DNA from: Podarcis bocagei
Taxonomy: Eukaryota
Direction: 5' to 3' (one strand)
DNA length: 64,000 nt
NCBI GenBank assembly: GCA_964188305.1
Contig: OZ076885.1
Below the pieces are notes generated by a model. It worked only from the letters and a program-made list of their open reading frames with translations, was not told the DNA's origin and searched no databases. Made by a program: the position numbers and the translations under genes. Positions 12,806 to 25,050 of this stretch are shown here, piece by piece; the first letter of the stretch is position 1, and every line of letters begins with the position of its first letter.

Positions 12806-14839
12806 AGGATAAGCTCTAGTTACTGTTTCCCAGCTTCTGCCAGCCTAGCAGTTTGAAAGCACACCAGTGCAAATAGATAAATAGGTACTGCTGTGGCAGG
12901 AAGGTAAACAGCGTTTCCAGGTGTTCTGTTGCACCAGGAGTGGTTTAGTCACACTGGCCACATGACCTGGAAAGCTGTCTGTGGGCAAACGCCAGCTCCC
13001 TCGGTCTGAAACAAGATGAGTGCCGCACTGCATAGTCACCTTTGACAGGACTTAACTGTCCAGGGGTCCTTTACCTTTCTCTCTTTTTTACTAACATATA
13101 CAAGTTTCACATAAGAAAACCTGATGTCTGACACTTGTCATTTTCTCTGCTTGATTTAAAGTTTGTTTTTAATACGCTGCAGTTGCAGGAAGCCTCAAAA
13201 GTGTGTGTGCATGCGCAGGGATGTCTGTAGGAAGCTTAAGTCTGCAGTGGTCCTGGACATGTGAACTTCCCATTCTGCTCAGACAAACACTGAACTGCTC
13301 CATTGCACACATCTAAAATTTAGATGCCCACATTATCAACTTTCTTCTTCATTGTCTTATGAAAAGGTCCAAGAAAGTAGAACATATATTAGTATATCTT
13401 TGAGCATTGTTACAGTGTGGTACAATGTTGAAAATTTCACCTAGTAATCCAAGGTCTTAAAACTCTGCTGGTTCTACTGAGTAGAATATCAACCTTTGTG
13501 AATTATATAGTGTCCCCTATAGTGGGCTATGAATGACTTGACACCTGACGTTGGTGTGTGGAGCATGGCAAAGAACCAGCACCACTTTTAGAGAGCCAGA
13601 TGCCTCTATCACCATTGCTGCTTTTAGTCTGGAAACAACCTATGAGTTGGGCTGTTCATTATTGCCATTTCACAGAACAGAGGCTGAGCAAAATAAAATA
13701 TATTGTTTAGGCTTTCTGGTGACTCTTCAGCTGCCGGGATTGGAACAAAGTTCCCCCATGTCTTCAGTAAGTAGGGGCTGGGTGGGCTGGAGTGATGTTG
13801 GTTGTGTACCCTGCTTGTCCTTACATCTGTGTATTCTCTTAGGCATACTCCGGGCTGAGCAAATGGAGGAGTCTGCTGATGACACTGGGGAGCCCCAAAC
13901 AGCCGGCAGACTTGTTTGCATCAATAATGACAGAGTCAAGGCCGTGCAAGAAAGCGGACAATGAAATTAACCAGACAGTGGCTGTGCTTTGTAAGGATTT
14001 TTCCATTCTGAGGTAAGCTGCATCACTCCGGGAGAGAGAAGTGTAGGGTGAAGTAGGAAGTGACAGGGAACAGAAAAAGTGTGAAAATGAATGAGGCACA
14101 GAAGGAGATTCCTAGATGGATGGGAGACTCTGCAGGTTATATAGCCCACGAAGGAACTTGCAGCTGTTTACAAATGGGCACACAGCAGAGCATGTGCTAG
14201 AATACTGTACATAAGAAACTTTACTGGGTCCTCCAACACATTTTTAACCATTTATTGTCAAACTTAGAGCCTGATCTTAATCACATTTACTTGGAACCAA
14301 ACCCTACTGATTTCACTGAGACTTGTTTCCTGGCAAGTATAATTAGAAGTTCAACAACAGTTTGTGAACAGCTCCTAAAGTTAAATACCTGTAGCAAAAG
14401 AACAGGCAGAGGATAGTCAGTGACCACCCACACTTATAGGCAGCAGCAAACAAGGGCAGAATGGGGAATTGAGGCAAAGGATGTGAGAACAGATGAGGTC
14501 AAGTGAGAAGGGAAGACAGCTGAATGGACAGCTGAGTTGGAAGCTTAGGGGTTGAAGTATAAAACACAAGGGGTGCAATACAGGGGTTAGGTGCACATTC
14601 CATGCAAATCACTTAGCTGTGTGCTTAGTTCCTACAGATTTGCCTACAAAGCACCATGCACAAGTCATTAGCAGAAAATTTGACAAGCTGTTTAGTGAAC
14701 CTGGATGCACTAAGGCTATAAAAGTTAGAAGGCCAGATTGGGGGAGTCACTGAGGTCTGTAAGACATCTATGCAGCTTGCCAAAATACCCCATAGTCTTG
14801 GAATAGGTCTTGGAAACCTGTACCTGTAGTTGAGTCAGT

Positions 14840-15590
14840 GGAAGAGATTAGGGATGCTGTTGGTTAAGTGCCCACCCTGTTGCCCAATGGCTGTCTAAGG
14901 TAGTCTCAGGTCCAGTGTTGGGGGACCCCAGGACAGTGATTCTGCATGACCTCGACATTCATGCCGAGGTTGCTTTGTCTGGTCCAGTTTGGGACTTCAT
15001 GGCCTTCATGGGCCTGTCCCAAATTGTCAATGGACCAATACACAGGGTAGGACACACATTAGCTTTAGGCGTCACTTCAGGGTGAGTGGCTTGTGGTTTG
15101 CATATTGATCCCTTTGTTGTGGGGAGGGGCCAATTTGGACGGCATGCGCTTTGAGACCTATGAAATCTGATTGATTCTTGAGTGCTCTGGAGGATTTTCC
15201 AGTAGCCAATTTTGGTAATTTTGTTGAGGCTGTTTCCTAATTGTAGAACATTAGGGTGAGGAGGCCTGTTGACACAGTCGCTTCAGTGTGTCTGGTCTGA
15301 CACTGCAGAGCTCATTCTGCTCCTCAGTTCTCTTCATAGCTACGAGCAACAAAAGAGGCCAGGTAACAGCTGTAGCAGGCTGAACAGTGGTTAGAATGCA
15401 TATCTGCAACTATCACATAGCGATGATGGCAGTGAAAAAGGTCCACCATTCCATTTCCATCAAGCAGAGCTCTTTCTAGTTAAAATGTTGTTACAACCTG
15501 CCTCGGTCAGTAGGACACTGTAACCACCACAAGCCTGCTGTTTAGGCACACCTGTTTAGGCAAGCATTCCCCGGAAGTGAACTTATGATT
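14840..15590 (+). mobile_element. Degenerate L2/CR1-group LINE endonuclease-region fragment
   Basis: Remnant GLSQIVNGPIHRVGHTL (from 15011), resembling the PTH..GHTLDL motif; many disruptions. Confidence 0.55.
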
Positions 15591-16679
15591 TTATTGTTTC
15601 AATAGGGGCTTTTGTTTTGCTCTTTCAAATGCTACAATGGAATAATTATTGTGTATTTTAATTATGTATTGATTATGTATTGATTTTATAGTTGACATAT
15701 AAGTGGTACATAAATTAGATGACAATGAGGATGATAATAATATTGCTACATCAAGCCTCCTGTGTGTGAGAGAATCAGAAGTGGCATCAGACCAAATGGT
15801 AAAATGAGATGCTTTTTGGGATAGGAGCCTGGCCTCTATCATAAAAACCAAACAAGCTGAGTGTTTGCCTAGGCCCAAAAGTTGTGAGCAGGGCCACCAA
15901 GTGTGCATAGTGCCCCTGGAGGACAGTTGAGGAGAGCATGTCTAGACTGCACAATGCAAAAATAATTTCAGATTTGGGTGCAAGCCAAGGAGTTTGGCAG
16001 TTCCAACTCAACACAGAAAGTGCCAAACTCTGCACCTTTAACTTTCCTCTTTTTAGATTTGTGCTTAAAGGATTTCGGTGTGGGATAGTTAATGCCTGAG
16101 ATTACAAGAACATCACTGCTTGGACCACTCAGAACTCATGAGGTGGCAACGTGTGCTTACTCAAGTCTATTGCATGCTTACTTCTCCTTAGCAAGTCCTC
16201 CTTAGTTCAGTGGAACTTGCACCACAAACTTTATACATGTTTACTTGGGGTGAATGTGCATAGGATTGCAGCCCTACTCTTAATAGATGAATTTAGGATT
16301 GCAATCTTAGCATAACAAAGAGGCTTCCTGCAGGATGATGTGTAATAAGATTTCCACTGAGGGAAAAGCAACTGTATCAGTGGAAAGACCTCGGGCGTGC
16401 AGAGAACAAGGGGAGTGTGGAAATGCTTTATTTCAGTTGCTGCATATGGTGAGGTGTTAGTTGGCATCAGGTTTTATAGCGAGACATTCTTAGGAGGGAA
16501 GTATTGATTGGGAAAACTGGCTGATAGCAAAAGAATAGTCCATTTCAGGGATAGGATTGGTAAGAGGAAAGCTTTTGAGAATAGACAGATGTTTCTCTGA
16601 AACAATCCTGAAATTGCAGCCTTGGGTGTATATTGAAGTCACTCCTATGCATGCATTAACTAGGAAGTAAGCACCATTG

Positions 16680-17031
16680 GGGGATGCGGGTAGTGCTGTG
16701 GGTTAAACCACAGAGCCTAGGACTTGCCGATCAAAAGGTTGGCGGTTCGAATCCCTGCGACGGGGTGAGCTCCCGTTGCTGGGTCCCTGCTCCTGCCAAC
16801 CTAGTAGTTCAAAAGCAAGTCAAAGTGTAAGTAGATAAATACCGTAGGTATCACTCCGGCAGGAAGGTAAACGGCGTTTCCGTGCGCTGCTTTGGTTCGC
16901 CAGAAGCGGCTTAGTCATTCTGGCCACATAACCCGTACGCCAGCTCCCTCAGCCAGTAAAGCGAGATGAGCGCCGCAACCCCAGAGTCGGCCACAACTGG
17001 ACCTAATGGTCAGGGGTCCCTTTACCTTTTT
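16680..17031 (+). mobile_element. Sauria SINE, full length, young
   Basis: Complete head/core/tail; perfect 12-bp TSD TAAGCACCATTG (16668-16679, 17032-17043). Confidence 0.94.
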
Positions 17032-20000
17032 TAAGCACCATTGAGCTCAGCTGGATTTATTTCTGGGTACACATGAAATATTATTGGCTGCGTGACCTCA
17101 AAACTGTCCTGAGCCTGTAAGATATACATGGATATAGTTGTTGACAAGAGTTTTTCTGACACAGGCTTTTTAGGTGTTTGACTCTACTGTTGAATATGGG
17201 AACATGTGGAGCCAAAGTATATATTGAGCTAAACTGCATTGAAACCAGTCTGGCCTGGTTCAAAATTGTGATGTTAGCTTACAAGAGTATCAAGGCTGAA
17301 AGGAAGGCAGTAGGAAAAGCCCAAAGTCAGAGCAGAAAGTCATATTGAGGGCACCGTACTGCATGCATTGGGGTTCCGTACAAAAGCCATCATGTGCTAA
17401 TACTATGCAGAATGGAGATTAGTAACACTAAGTATAATTCCTAGTGCCCATCTGGTTATTGAGACAGGTAAGAACATAGTCTGTGGTGTCCTATCCTGAC
17501 CAGGCATGAATAGTATTTAGCCATACTCTGGTACCCAGCTATGAAATTTAGAGCCAATGCAAGAAACAGAAGACAAACCCCCTGAAATGATTCACATTTA
17601 GGGGTGCAGCATATTCTTTGATCACAGAAAACTACAGAGGTGCCTTGTGGATTTTCATGACCATGGAAATGCTCCAAGATTGCTGGTCACCCTAATTCTA
17701 CAAGTTTAAAGCAGGCTGATCACTTTTCAAGTTTGTGAGCTTTTCTTTTTCTAGCTGGCTTCTCCTGGAAGAATTAAGCTGTTGGCAAGAGCTTATGACA
17801 GGTTGTTCCCCCTTGGGATTTCAAAGCATTCGTGGCAGGGAATGGCTTAGTGGTCTGTGAGCGCTTCATTTAAAGAAATCTTAATATGGGAAGCCTTAAT
17901 TTGAGTCCTTCCTATATTAGACACAGAGATTGGCAGAGAATCTGGTGTTCCTGGGGCTATTAATGGGGAGACATGGTTAAATTTCCAAGAGGGCTCTCAA
18001 GAGTCTTGTGGGCAGAATAATGAAGAACTGGCATGTCAGCACTGTGCAATTTAGCCAGCGTCAAATATACCAAAGAGCTTTTATGCCAGAACACAAAAAA
18101 ATGCACTTGGGACACTTGCAGTAAATAGCACTCCACTGAGATTCCTAGAATCTAAATGAGAAATCACTGCACAGGAACTGTCCATGCTAAGAAAATAGCA
18201 ATCACTGTGCAGTAGCCATGAGGAGACTGCTATCCACACAGACTAGACCTCGGCACCTTTTTCAAACTGTCCTTGTAAGCAGGGTTCAGATGCTGTAGTA
18301 GATCATGGATTGAGAAACACTTGGTCCTCCGGATGGTTTTGGACTCCCAGTGCCCATCAGTCCCATCCAGCATAAGCAGTGGCCAAGGATGATGGGAGTT
18401 GTAGTCCCATAACATGTGGAGGGCCACGTTTCCTATCCCTGTTGCAGATAAAGATTCCACAAGAAAGCCTTGATTCACTTTCTTATCTTCCTCCACTCAT
18501 TATTCATTCATACAGACTGCAGCCAGAGTTTTCCCCGAAACAGCTGATGTAACATCTAAAATCACCTCCTCCTGGTCTAAACTCAGAAACACCACTTTGC
18601 CCTCATCTCCCTTGAACATCCTTTCAGATCAGTTTCCCTTGAAGGTCTGCCATCTCCTGAATGACTCCATTGCCAGCACACCCATCTGTCAGGTCACACC
18701 TTTAGAACTACACTTGGTAGCTTCCTCCCCTTTCATGTGAGGAATGTTAGAGCTCCATCTCAGGCTCCTCTGTGCCCCAGTACTGGACAAACTTGCCACT
18801 CATACCAGGTTTTTCTTTTCTGCTGTTGACTGTATAGCTTTGCAATCATGAGCAACCTGAAATCCAGTGTGGTCAGAATGGAGTTTGATTTTCCCATATA
18901 TAGTCAGGGTACCATGATGCATTTTGCTCAGCCTCCTTTCAAGACCTCAAGCATCCCTCTGCGATTATGTTCTAGTGACTAAGTCATCCGCAGCATCTGG
19001 GCTAGCATCCAAAGTTCTTGCTTGTGGCCCAGATTATTACAATATTGCCTTCTCTACCTGTGTGATACTTTCCTCGCTCCATCCATGGCCCCATCCTTGC
19101 CTCTGTACTACTGTTTAGCATGCTGATTCAGGACCCAGTTTTCTGTCTCCTTTGCCATGCTTCTCTCTTGCCTTTACACCAGGGCTGACTCCACTCAACT
19201 CCCATCACCCTCAACCATCATAGCCTTTAGTTAGGGTTGATGGGAGTTGCAGTCCAATAGTATTTGGGGGACCACAGGTTAACCATCCCTGGCTTACATG
19301 ATCAGTCTAGTTTTATTCTCATTCTGAGGCTGATTCTATTCCTAATATTTTCCAGTTTCTTCCTAGGCTACAACACAATAGGCCACCTGTCCTGTTGTTT
19401 GTTGAAAGTCCTCCTTTTTGTGACTGTGCTTAAATGCTTTGTTTCCTGCATCTATCCCAACAACAAACACCTGAAGTTTGGGAGGTAAAGGTCTAAAGAA
19501 GGAATAGATTGCTACCTCTTTTGCAAGCCAGGGGAAATTGTCACCACAACTCCTGGTTATTTCATTACTTCTGTGATCTTGGGTGTGTGTATGTGTAGGG
19601 TGTCTTAACAGCAGGAAAACTTAAACCTGGACTTGGCCTTAATAGTTCTGAGAATAGAGTTACTAACTGGCAGTGGGTGTCTGTGTTTGGACTGAAATCA
19701 CCATGACTGACTTGGGGATTGCAGGGGGGTGGGAAGGTTGCAGTTTGTATAAGGTTCTTTTTGAATTTGTACTACCTTCCAGTTTTTTAGTGTGTCTTCA
19801 GTTCACATGGTATAATGGAACATATGGCTGGATCTAATTTAGTGGCTGGACAGGCTTTCCCCCTGTATGTTGGGATGGGGAACCTGTAGCCCAGCAGACA
19901 CTGCTGAATTGCAGCGCCAGTCACCCCTGACTATTGAACATGCTGGCTGGGGCTGATGGGAGCTGGAGTCCCAACATCATCTGGAGGGCCACAGCTTTCC

Positions 20001-21081
20001 CCATCCGTACTGTATCTAAATCCCACCATAGCATTTCTGCCCCTGTTGGTCTACACAACTGACTGCAACCTGCATGGGATCAGGACCTTCTCACAGAAAG
20101 CATGTGGGTGGCCTGGCGTGGATCCATGGGGGAGAAAGCATTTGCTCCATTGGATGTCAGACCTGGCCCATGAAACAGTTTTATCAGGCTCTTGGCAGCC
20201 CTGCCAAATGCTAACCATGTGGTATGCATTTTGCCCATGGTTTCATATGCAAGGAGAGGAAATTTGTTTGCAAATGTTGCGAGATATGTGAGTTATTCCA
20301 TACTTTAAATGTGATTATTGGGAGGGGGGTGTTATAAACAGTGCCCCGTCTGATAGCTACGCAGAGGCTGAATTGTAAAGCCTGGCCACCTGTGAGGAGG
20401 TCGGGCTGTGCATCAAACTATACTTCCGGTTTCCGGACTACTGCCTGGAGAATAGAGTGGTCCCTGAGAACACAGAACTTGGCCATCCCTGTGCTACAGC
20501 ACTGAGCCAGGAGTGTGGGAAATGGCTGTCTATATGTGCCCCTAAAACTGAAGCCTGTCTCTCAAAATGTCCTACTCGAGCCTCATTTGTGCTGCTTTCC
20601 GTATATAAGCCTGTTACTGTCTTGTCGTAATAGCACACAGAACCTTCAAACCATTCCCTATAACTTTTCCCTTTCCCCTCTTTAATTTCCTGGCTGCAGG
20701 CTTAAGATCAGCAAACCTAAACCAGCAGCAAACTTAATGAGGAGCATCTGTACAGAAAGGGCATGCACGTGGAAGTGTGTGTGTGTGTGCACGCACGCGG
20801 GTGCGCTTACACACACAGATGTGTGCGAACCCACGGGGCTGGACAGCAGGAGGTCTACCTGTCAGAACTCTGAGGCTGCCTTGAACTCATCTTATTGTGG
20901 GAAAGAAGCCAGTGCTGATATAAGGCATAGTGCAGGCCCAGACTGAGACAGTGGCAAGACTTCCTCTGTTGCCCATTTACTGGGCAAGTTGTGCTGTACA
21001 ATGTAGTGCTCACAGCCAAGGTTTATGTTATATCCCACTTTTCTTCCATCATGGAACCCAAGGCAGTGGACATGGGATTCC

Positions 21082-21135
21082 CAGGTGGTCTCTCATCCAG
21101 GCACTGACCAGACCCAAACCTGCTTAGCTTCAGCA
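21082..21135 (-). repeat. 5S rRNA-derived fragment (SINE3-like); not a functional 5S gene
   Basis: Reverse complement resembles 5S GAAGCTAAGCAGGGTCGGGCCTGGTTAGTACTTGGATGGGAGACC with many changes; similar piece at about 9501-9543. Confidence 0.55.
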
Positions 21136-24039
21136 AGGAGTGGTCCAATGTGCCTTCTGACCACAGCCAGACCTAGTCTCGTTTCTATCTAGTGTGCCAT
21201 TTTCCCTAGATGAAAGCTGTGTGGGGCAACCCCAGTAGCTTGTGGCAGCACTCAAATGGGTGAAGGTGTGCTTGTGCACCAACTCAAGACTGGCTTTCCA
21301 GTCCTCAGGTGTGAAACCTATGAAATAGCCGTCAGGAAGACAGTGGCTTAGATTGCATGCTAGGGTGTATTGTCCTCAAAGGGCTCCAGGCATCCTTCGT
21401 TTTAGGTATTAAGCAACGTGGCTGTTAAAAGTATTATGTTTCTGAATAGGACTGTTACATGCATGGATTTAGTGCCCATCCTGTCTCATACCTTACTATC
21501 CTTATACTGACTGTTTACATTCTGTCTGTTTACTAGTTATATATAGCCACACGGTTATACTAAGCAAGCCCTATCTCACACAGATTTCTACCCTTCTCAC
21601 GCACTGAAATTAATTCCATCCCCCACTTTTGTTCTGAGCAGGGCCAGAGCTTACTCAGATGCCGCCATTCGCAAGAGGGGACATCCTTATGCACACAACC
21701 ATGTGTGTGCTTTTTCAAAAGCGCATCCCAAGGTGTCCCACTAAGCCACCGGACAGTACAATAAAACACTTTGGCTCCTAAGAAAAGAACAACAAGAGTA
21801 GTTGGCCTTTCCACATGCAGTTCACAGCAATGATTTTGCTATGCATCAACACCAGGATCAAAACTCATTCAAAGCTGACCCTTTTGGGGGCTCTTAATGT
21901 CTTTGCCAACTTGGGATGGACAGTTGGAAATGGAAAATAAGCCAGTAGTAAAGGCTCCCAGCCCCATTACCTCTGAGCAGCAAATTTAATGAGGAGCATC
22001 TGTAGGGAAAGGAGATGCATTGGTGTGGCCATGGACATGCATATGGATGTACATGGCTGTTTTGAGCATGAGGAGTATGTATGGTCCTTAACTAGGGAGT
22101 GTATTCCAATCTACATGTGGCTCCATAACATGCCTGGATACTTTCCCTGGGATAGTCCCAGCCTCTCTTTTGAGATGCTCCCTCCATAGCAGTGATCTTG
22201 TATTCCAGCCACCTTTTTATCCCTGCACATATAAGCTAAGGTTGACCTTCCTATGAGTACAGTGGATCTGCAGCCATAGTATTCCACAGCATAGAGCCTT
22301 TTCAGGTGTGACGGTTGGCTGTCTGTTTGGAGGATAGGCTCCCACATCCCCTCTTGCACACAACAGGGGGCCGTGTTGCCTGCTGCTTGCCAGCCTGCAC
22401 TGGTGCCCAACTATGCAGCAGGCAAACAGGGTTCAACTTGTTTCCAGAGACACCATCCCTCTAGATAATCTCACATGCATGCATCTGTGCCATTTCCCAG
22501 CACACCATTGCCCTTTCTAGTCACACCTACCCCACTCAGTTCCCTCCTGTGCAGCATCCTTCCCCCCCCCCCCGCCGCTACCCAACTCTAAGTAGCTTTC
22601 TGCTTTAAAGCAAAAAGAGCCAACAAATGGCACTTTGACAGCCTATCAGCCCAATGTATTGCTGGGTAGGATCCCTCTCTAATTTGGGCTGTTCTGGAGA
22701 GAAATCCCATAAAAAGATGCCTAGTCCCAAGCTGCTAGCTGCAGCTGCTGGATGGGAGTGATAGAACCATTTGCGCCTATCAGTTTTAGCTCTATTCTCT
22801 CCCTCCCTGCCTGCGCTGCCCCCCTTCCATGCCTTTTCCTGGCTATCTCAGCCAAGGAGCAGAACTGACCGGCAGTAAATAGACCCAAGCCGATAGACAG
22901 CATCTTTCCCCAACAGACCTAGCAGTGAGAATTTGGGCTGTTGTTCATTTGAGACATGAAAGAGCAAGTTCTGCGTATGCCTGTCTACTGGTCTCCTCGG
23001 CCTCACATTTTCCGGCATATCCCCCTCCACATTCCCTGCTTTGCCTTTTCCAGCATCCAGGCAAGGGAGAAAAAATCCCAAAGATTTTTCTGTTTTTGTT
23101 TTGCTTTGTTTGTTTGCTCTTTCTTTTTAAAATAGCTGACTCTGTGGGAGCAAGAGACTCCCCTCTCCCCCAAACAGCGTGATTGTCAAAAGAGCCAGTC
23201 CAGGAAACAAACCACTTTTGACCTTTTAAGGCTTGTTTTTACATTTTTATTTTATTTTAAACACAAGCCCTCTCCCAGAAAGCCTGGGGTGTTGTCTGCA
23301 AAACACAAAACCCCCATTGCTTATAAAAATTACACCCTGCAGGAAAAAGTTCTCTCATTCCAAGTAATCGCGCCCCCTCCGCAACTCCTTTCCAACCTTT
23401 TCAAAGTAACAGCAAGAAAAGTTTTGTTAACCGGCTGCAAATGTTAAAACTCTAAGGATTAACAACAACAGCAACAAAAACCCCTAACATTATTTAGGAA
23501 GATTGGACACTTCCTAGGGTTTTGTGCCCCCCCTCCATCCGCCGGAGCAAAGGACGTTTCCTCGTTCTTTGCAGAAAAAACTTGTTTCAGGGTGGTTCCC
23601 CCCTCCCCTTTCACTTCTCCTGTTCTTTGTTTAAAAACAAACAAACAAACCTTTATTTTGGTAACCAAACATACTTTCTTTCTGTGCTGGGGCAGCACTT
23701 AAAGCACGACAAGGGGGGTGGTAACCCTTTATAGCCCTTGTCTAAAATGCTGGTGACTTTGATTTTCCTCTGTCAGTTTTGGATGTTATTCCCTTACTAA
23801 GCAGCGTCTCTCTCTCCCCTTCTCTCCCCCCCCCCCCAGTAATCACAAACATGCATGAAAAAGAGAGAAGGGGGGGCAAAGGGAAAGTCTTAAATCAGTC
23901 CCAAAGCCAGACAGACGTTTTAATCAAATCAAATTAGAATCAGCAGCGGTTTTGGGGTGGGGGGAAGATGAGGCGCATGGCAAGAACCCCCCGCCGCCCC
24001 ATCCCCCCTCTCAAAACTGAATGAGATGCGAGCCCTTAC

Positions 24040-24067
24040 CTGGACCCCCCCCAGCAACACATAGCAT
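24040..24067 (-). CDS. CLCF1: Probable alternative first coding exon of CLCF1 (MLCVAGGGP-, phase 1)
   Basis: ATGCTATGTGTTGCTGGGGGGGGTCCAG|gtaagg: strong donor in the same phase as exon 1A. GC-rich leader, with a CCAAT (24380-24384, - strand) and a GA repeat upstream. Confidence 0.5.
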
Positions 24068-24308
24068 AGTAGACTCAGAGTTTGGGCTGGGGGCGACGCT
24101 GCGGGTTAGCAGGCAAACGGTTTTGTTCCGAAGCTCCTGGCGCAGAGTGAAAAAATTGCCTTTCTCCCCGGCTGGCTCTGCCCCCGGTTCCGTTCCTTTT
24201 TTTCCCTCCCCCCTTTTCCCTATTTGTTTTGGTTTGTGTTTGCTGGGTGTTAGGTGGGAAAAGTTGTCTGTACGCTTTTTTTTTGGTATGTGTGCAAAGT
24301 TTTCACCA

Positions 24309-24349
24309 CTCTCTGTCTCTGTCTCTCTCTCTCACTCTCTCTCTCTCTC
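24309..24349. repeat. (CT)n microsatellite upstream of putative CLCF1 exon 1B
   Basis: Directly visible. Confidence 0.85.
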
Positions 24350-25034
24350 CTCTTCCACCTCCCGTGATTTGCTCTTTTGATTGGTGTCCAGGAATGTAAG
24401 AATATAAAAAAGAAAAAGGAGAAAAAAGTGCATACACCCTCTCTCGAAGCTGCTGCCTTTCCTTTTTCCCTCCCTCCTTTTTTTTTAAATCAAGTGTTAA
24501 GCAGAACCAGGTTGCTTTCAAGAATGTATTTGATGCAATTGTATACAAGCGGAGGGTCATTCATTTCTTTCTCCTTCTCTCTCTCTCCCCCCCCCCACCT
24601 CTCCACCCCACATTTGCCACCCACCTCAGCATACCCCACTGCAGCTCTTCAAACTTTGGGGTGGGGAGGGGCAAGAGAAAGGTAAAGGAGCCAGCAGTAT
24701 GCATTTCCCTCAAAGTAAAGAAGGAAGCGGGAGAAAACTTTTGTTTTGTTTTGTTAAAGAACTATCCAGAGGAAATGCCAGCCCACCATACCCCACCCTA
24801 ACCCCCTCCCAACCCCGCTCTCTAGATCTCTGGATGCTGCCAAGATTTGCTAGTGGCATTTTTTAACACAAAAAAAGGAAGGAAGAAGAAAAAGAAGAAG
24901 GGGGGGTCTTCCAGTAAATGCTGGAGAAATTGAACATGTTTGTGAGGGCTCAGTTGAGGTTCTCAGTGGGGAGAGGTGGGCTGGCTTCCCTGCGCAGGAG
25001 GGGAGGCCTGCAGAAAGGTACCCGGGACTCCTAC

Positions 25035-25050
25035 CTGCTCTGAACTCCAT
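25035..25050 (-). CDS. CLCF1: Cardiotrophin-like cytokine factor 1, first coding exon (MEFRA-G, phase 1); exons 2-3 not found in the window
   Basis: - strand ATGGAGTTCAGAGCAG|gtagga. It matches the recalled 16-nt human CLCF1 first coding exon (MDLRA-G). Position and orientation upstream of and divergent from RAD9A match human synteny. GC-rich promoter context. Confidence 0.78.

Larger units (their letters stand above)
12645..13078 (+). mobile_element. Sauria SINE (older, interrupted by the Penelope-like insert)
   Basis: Head GGGAGCGGGTGGCACTGTGGTCTAAACCAC, core CTAGCAGTTTGAAAGCAC...AAATAGGTAC, tail CAGGGGTCCTTTACCTTT. Confidence 0.88.

Noticed and set aside
22925-23182. ORF containing RASSAYACLL, resembling RAD9[11 protein letters not shown]
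   Set aside because: Match limited to about 5 residues, with no flanking similarity or splice sites; coincidental.
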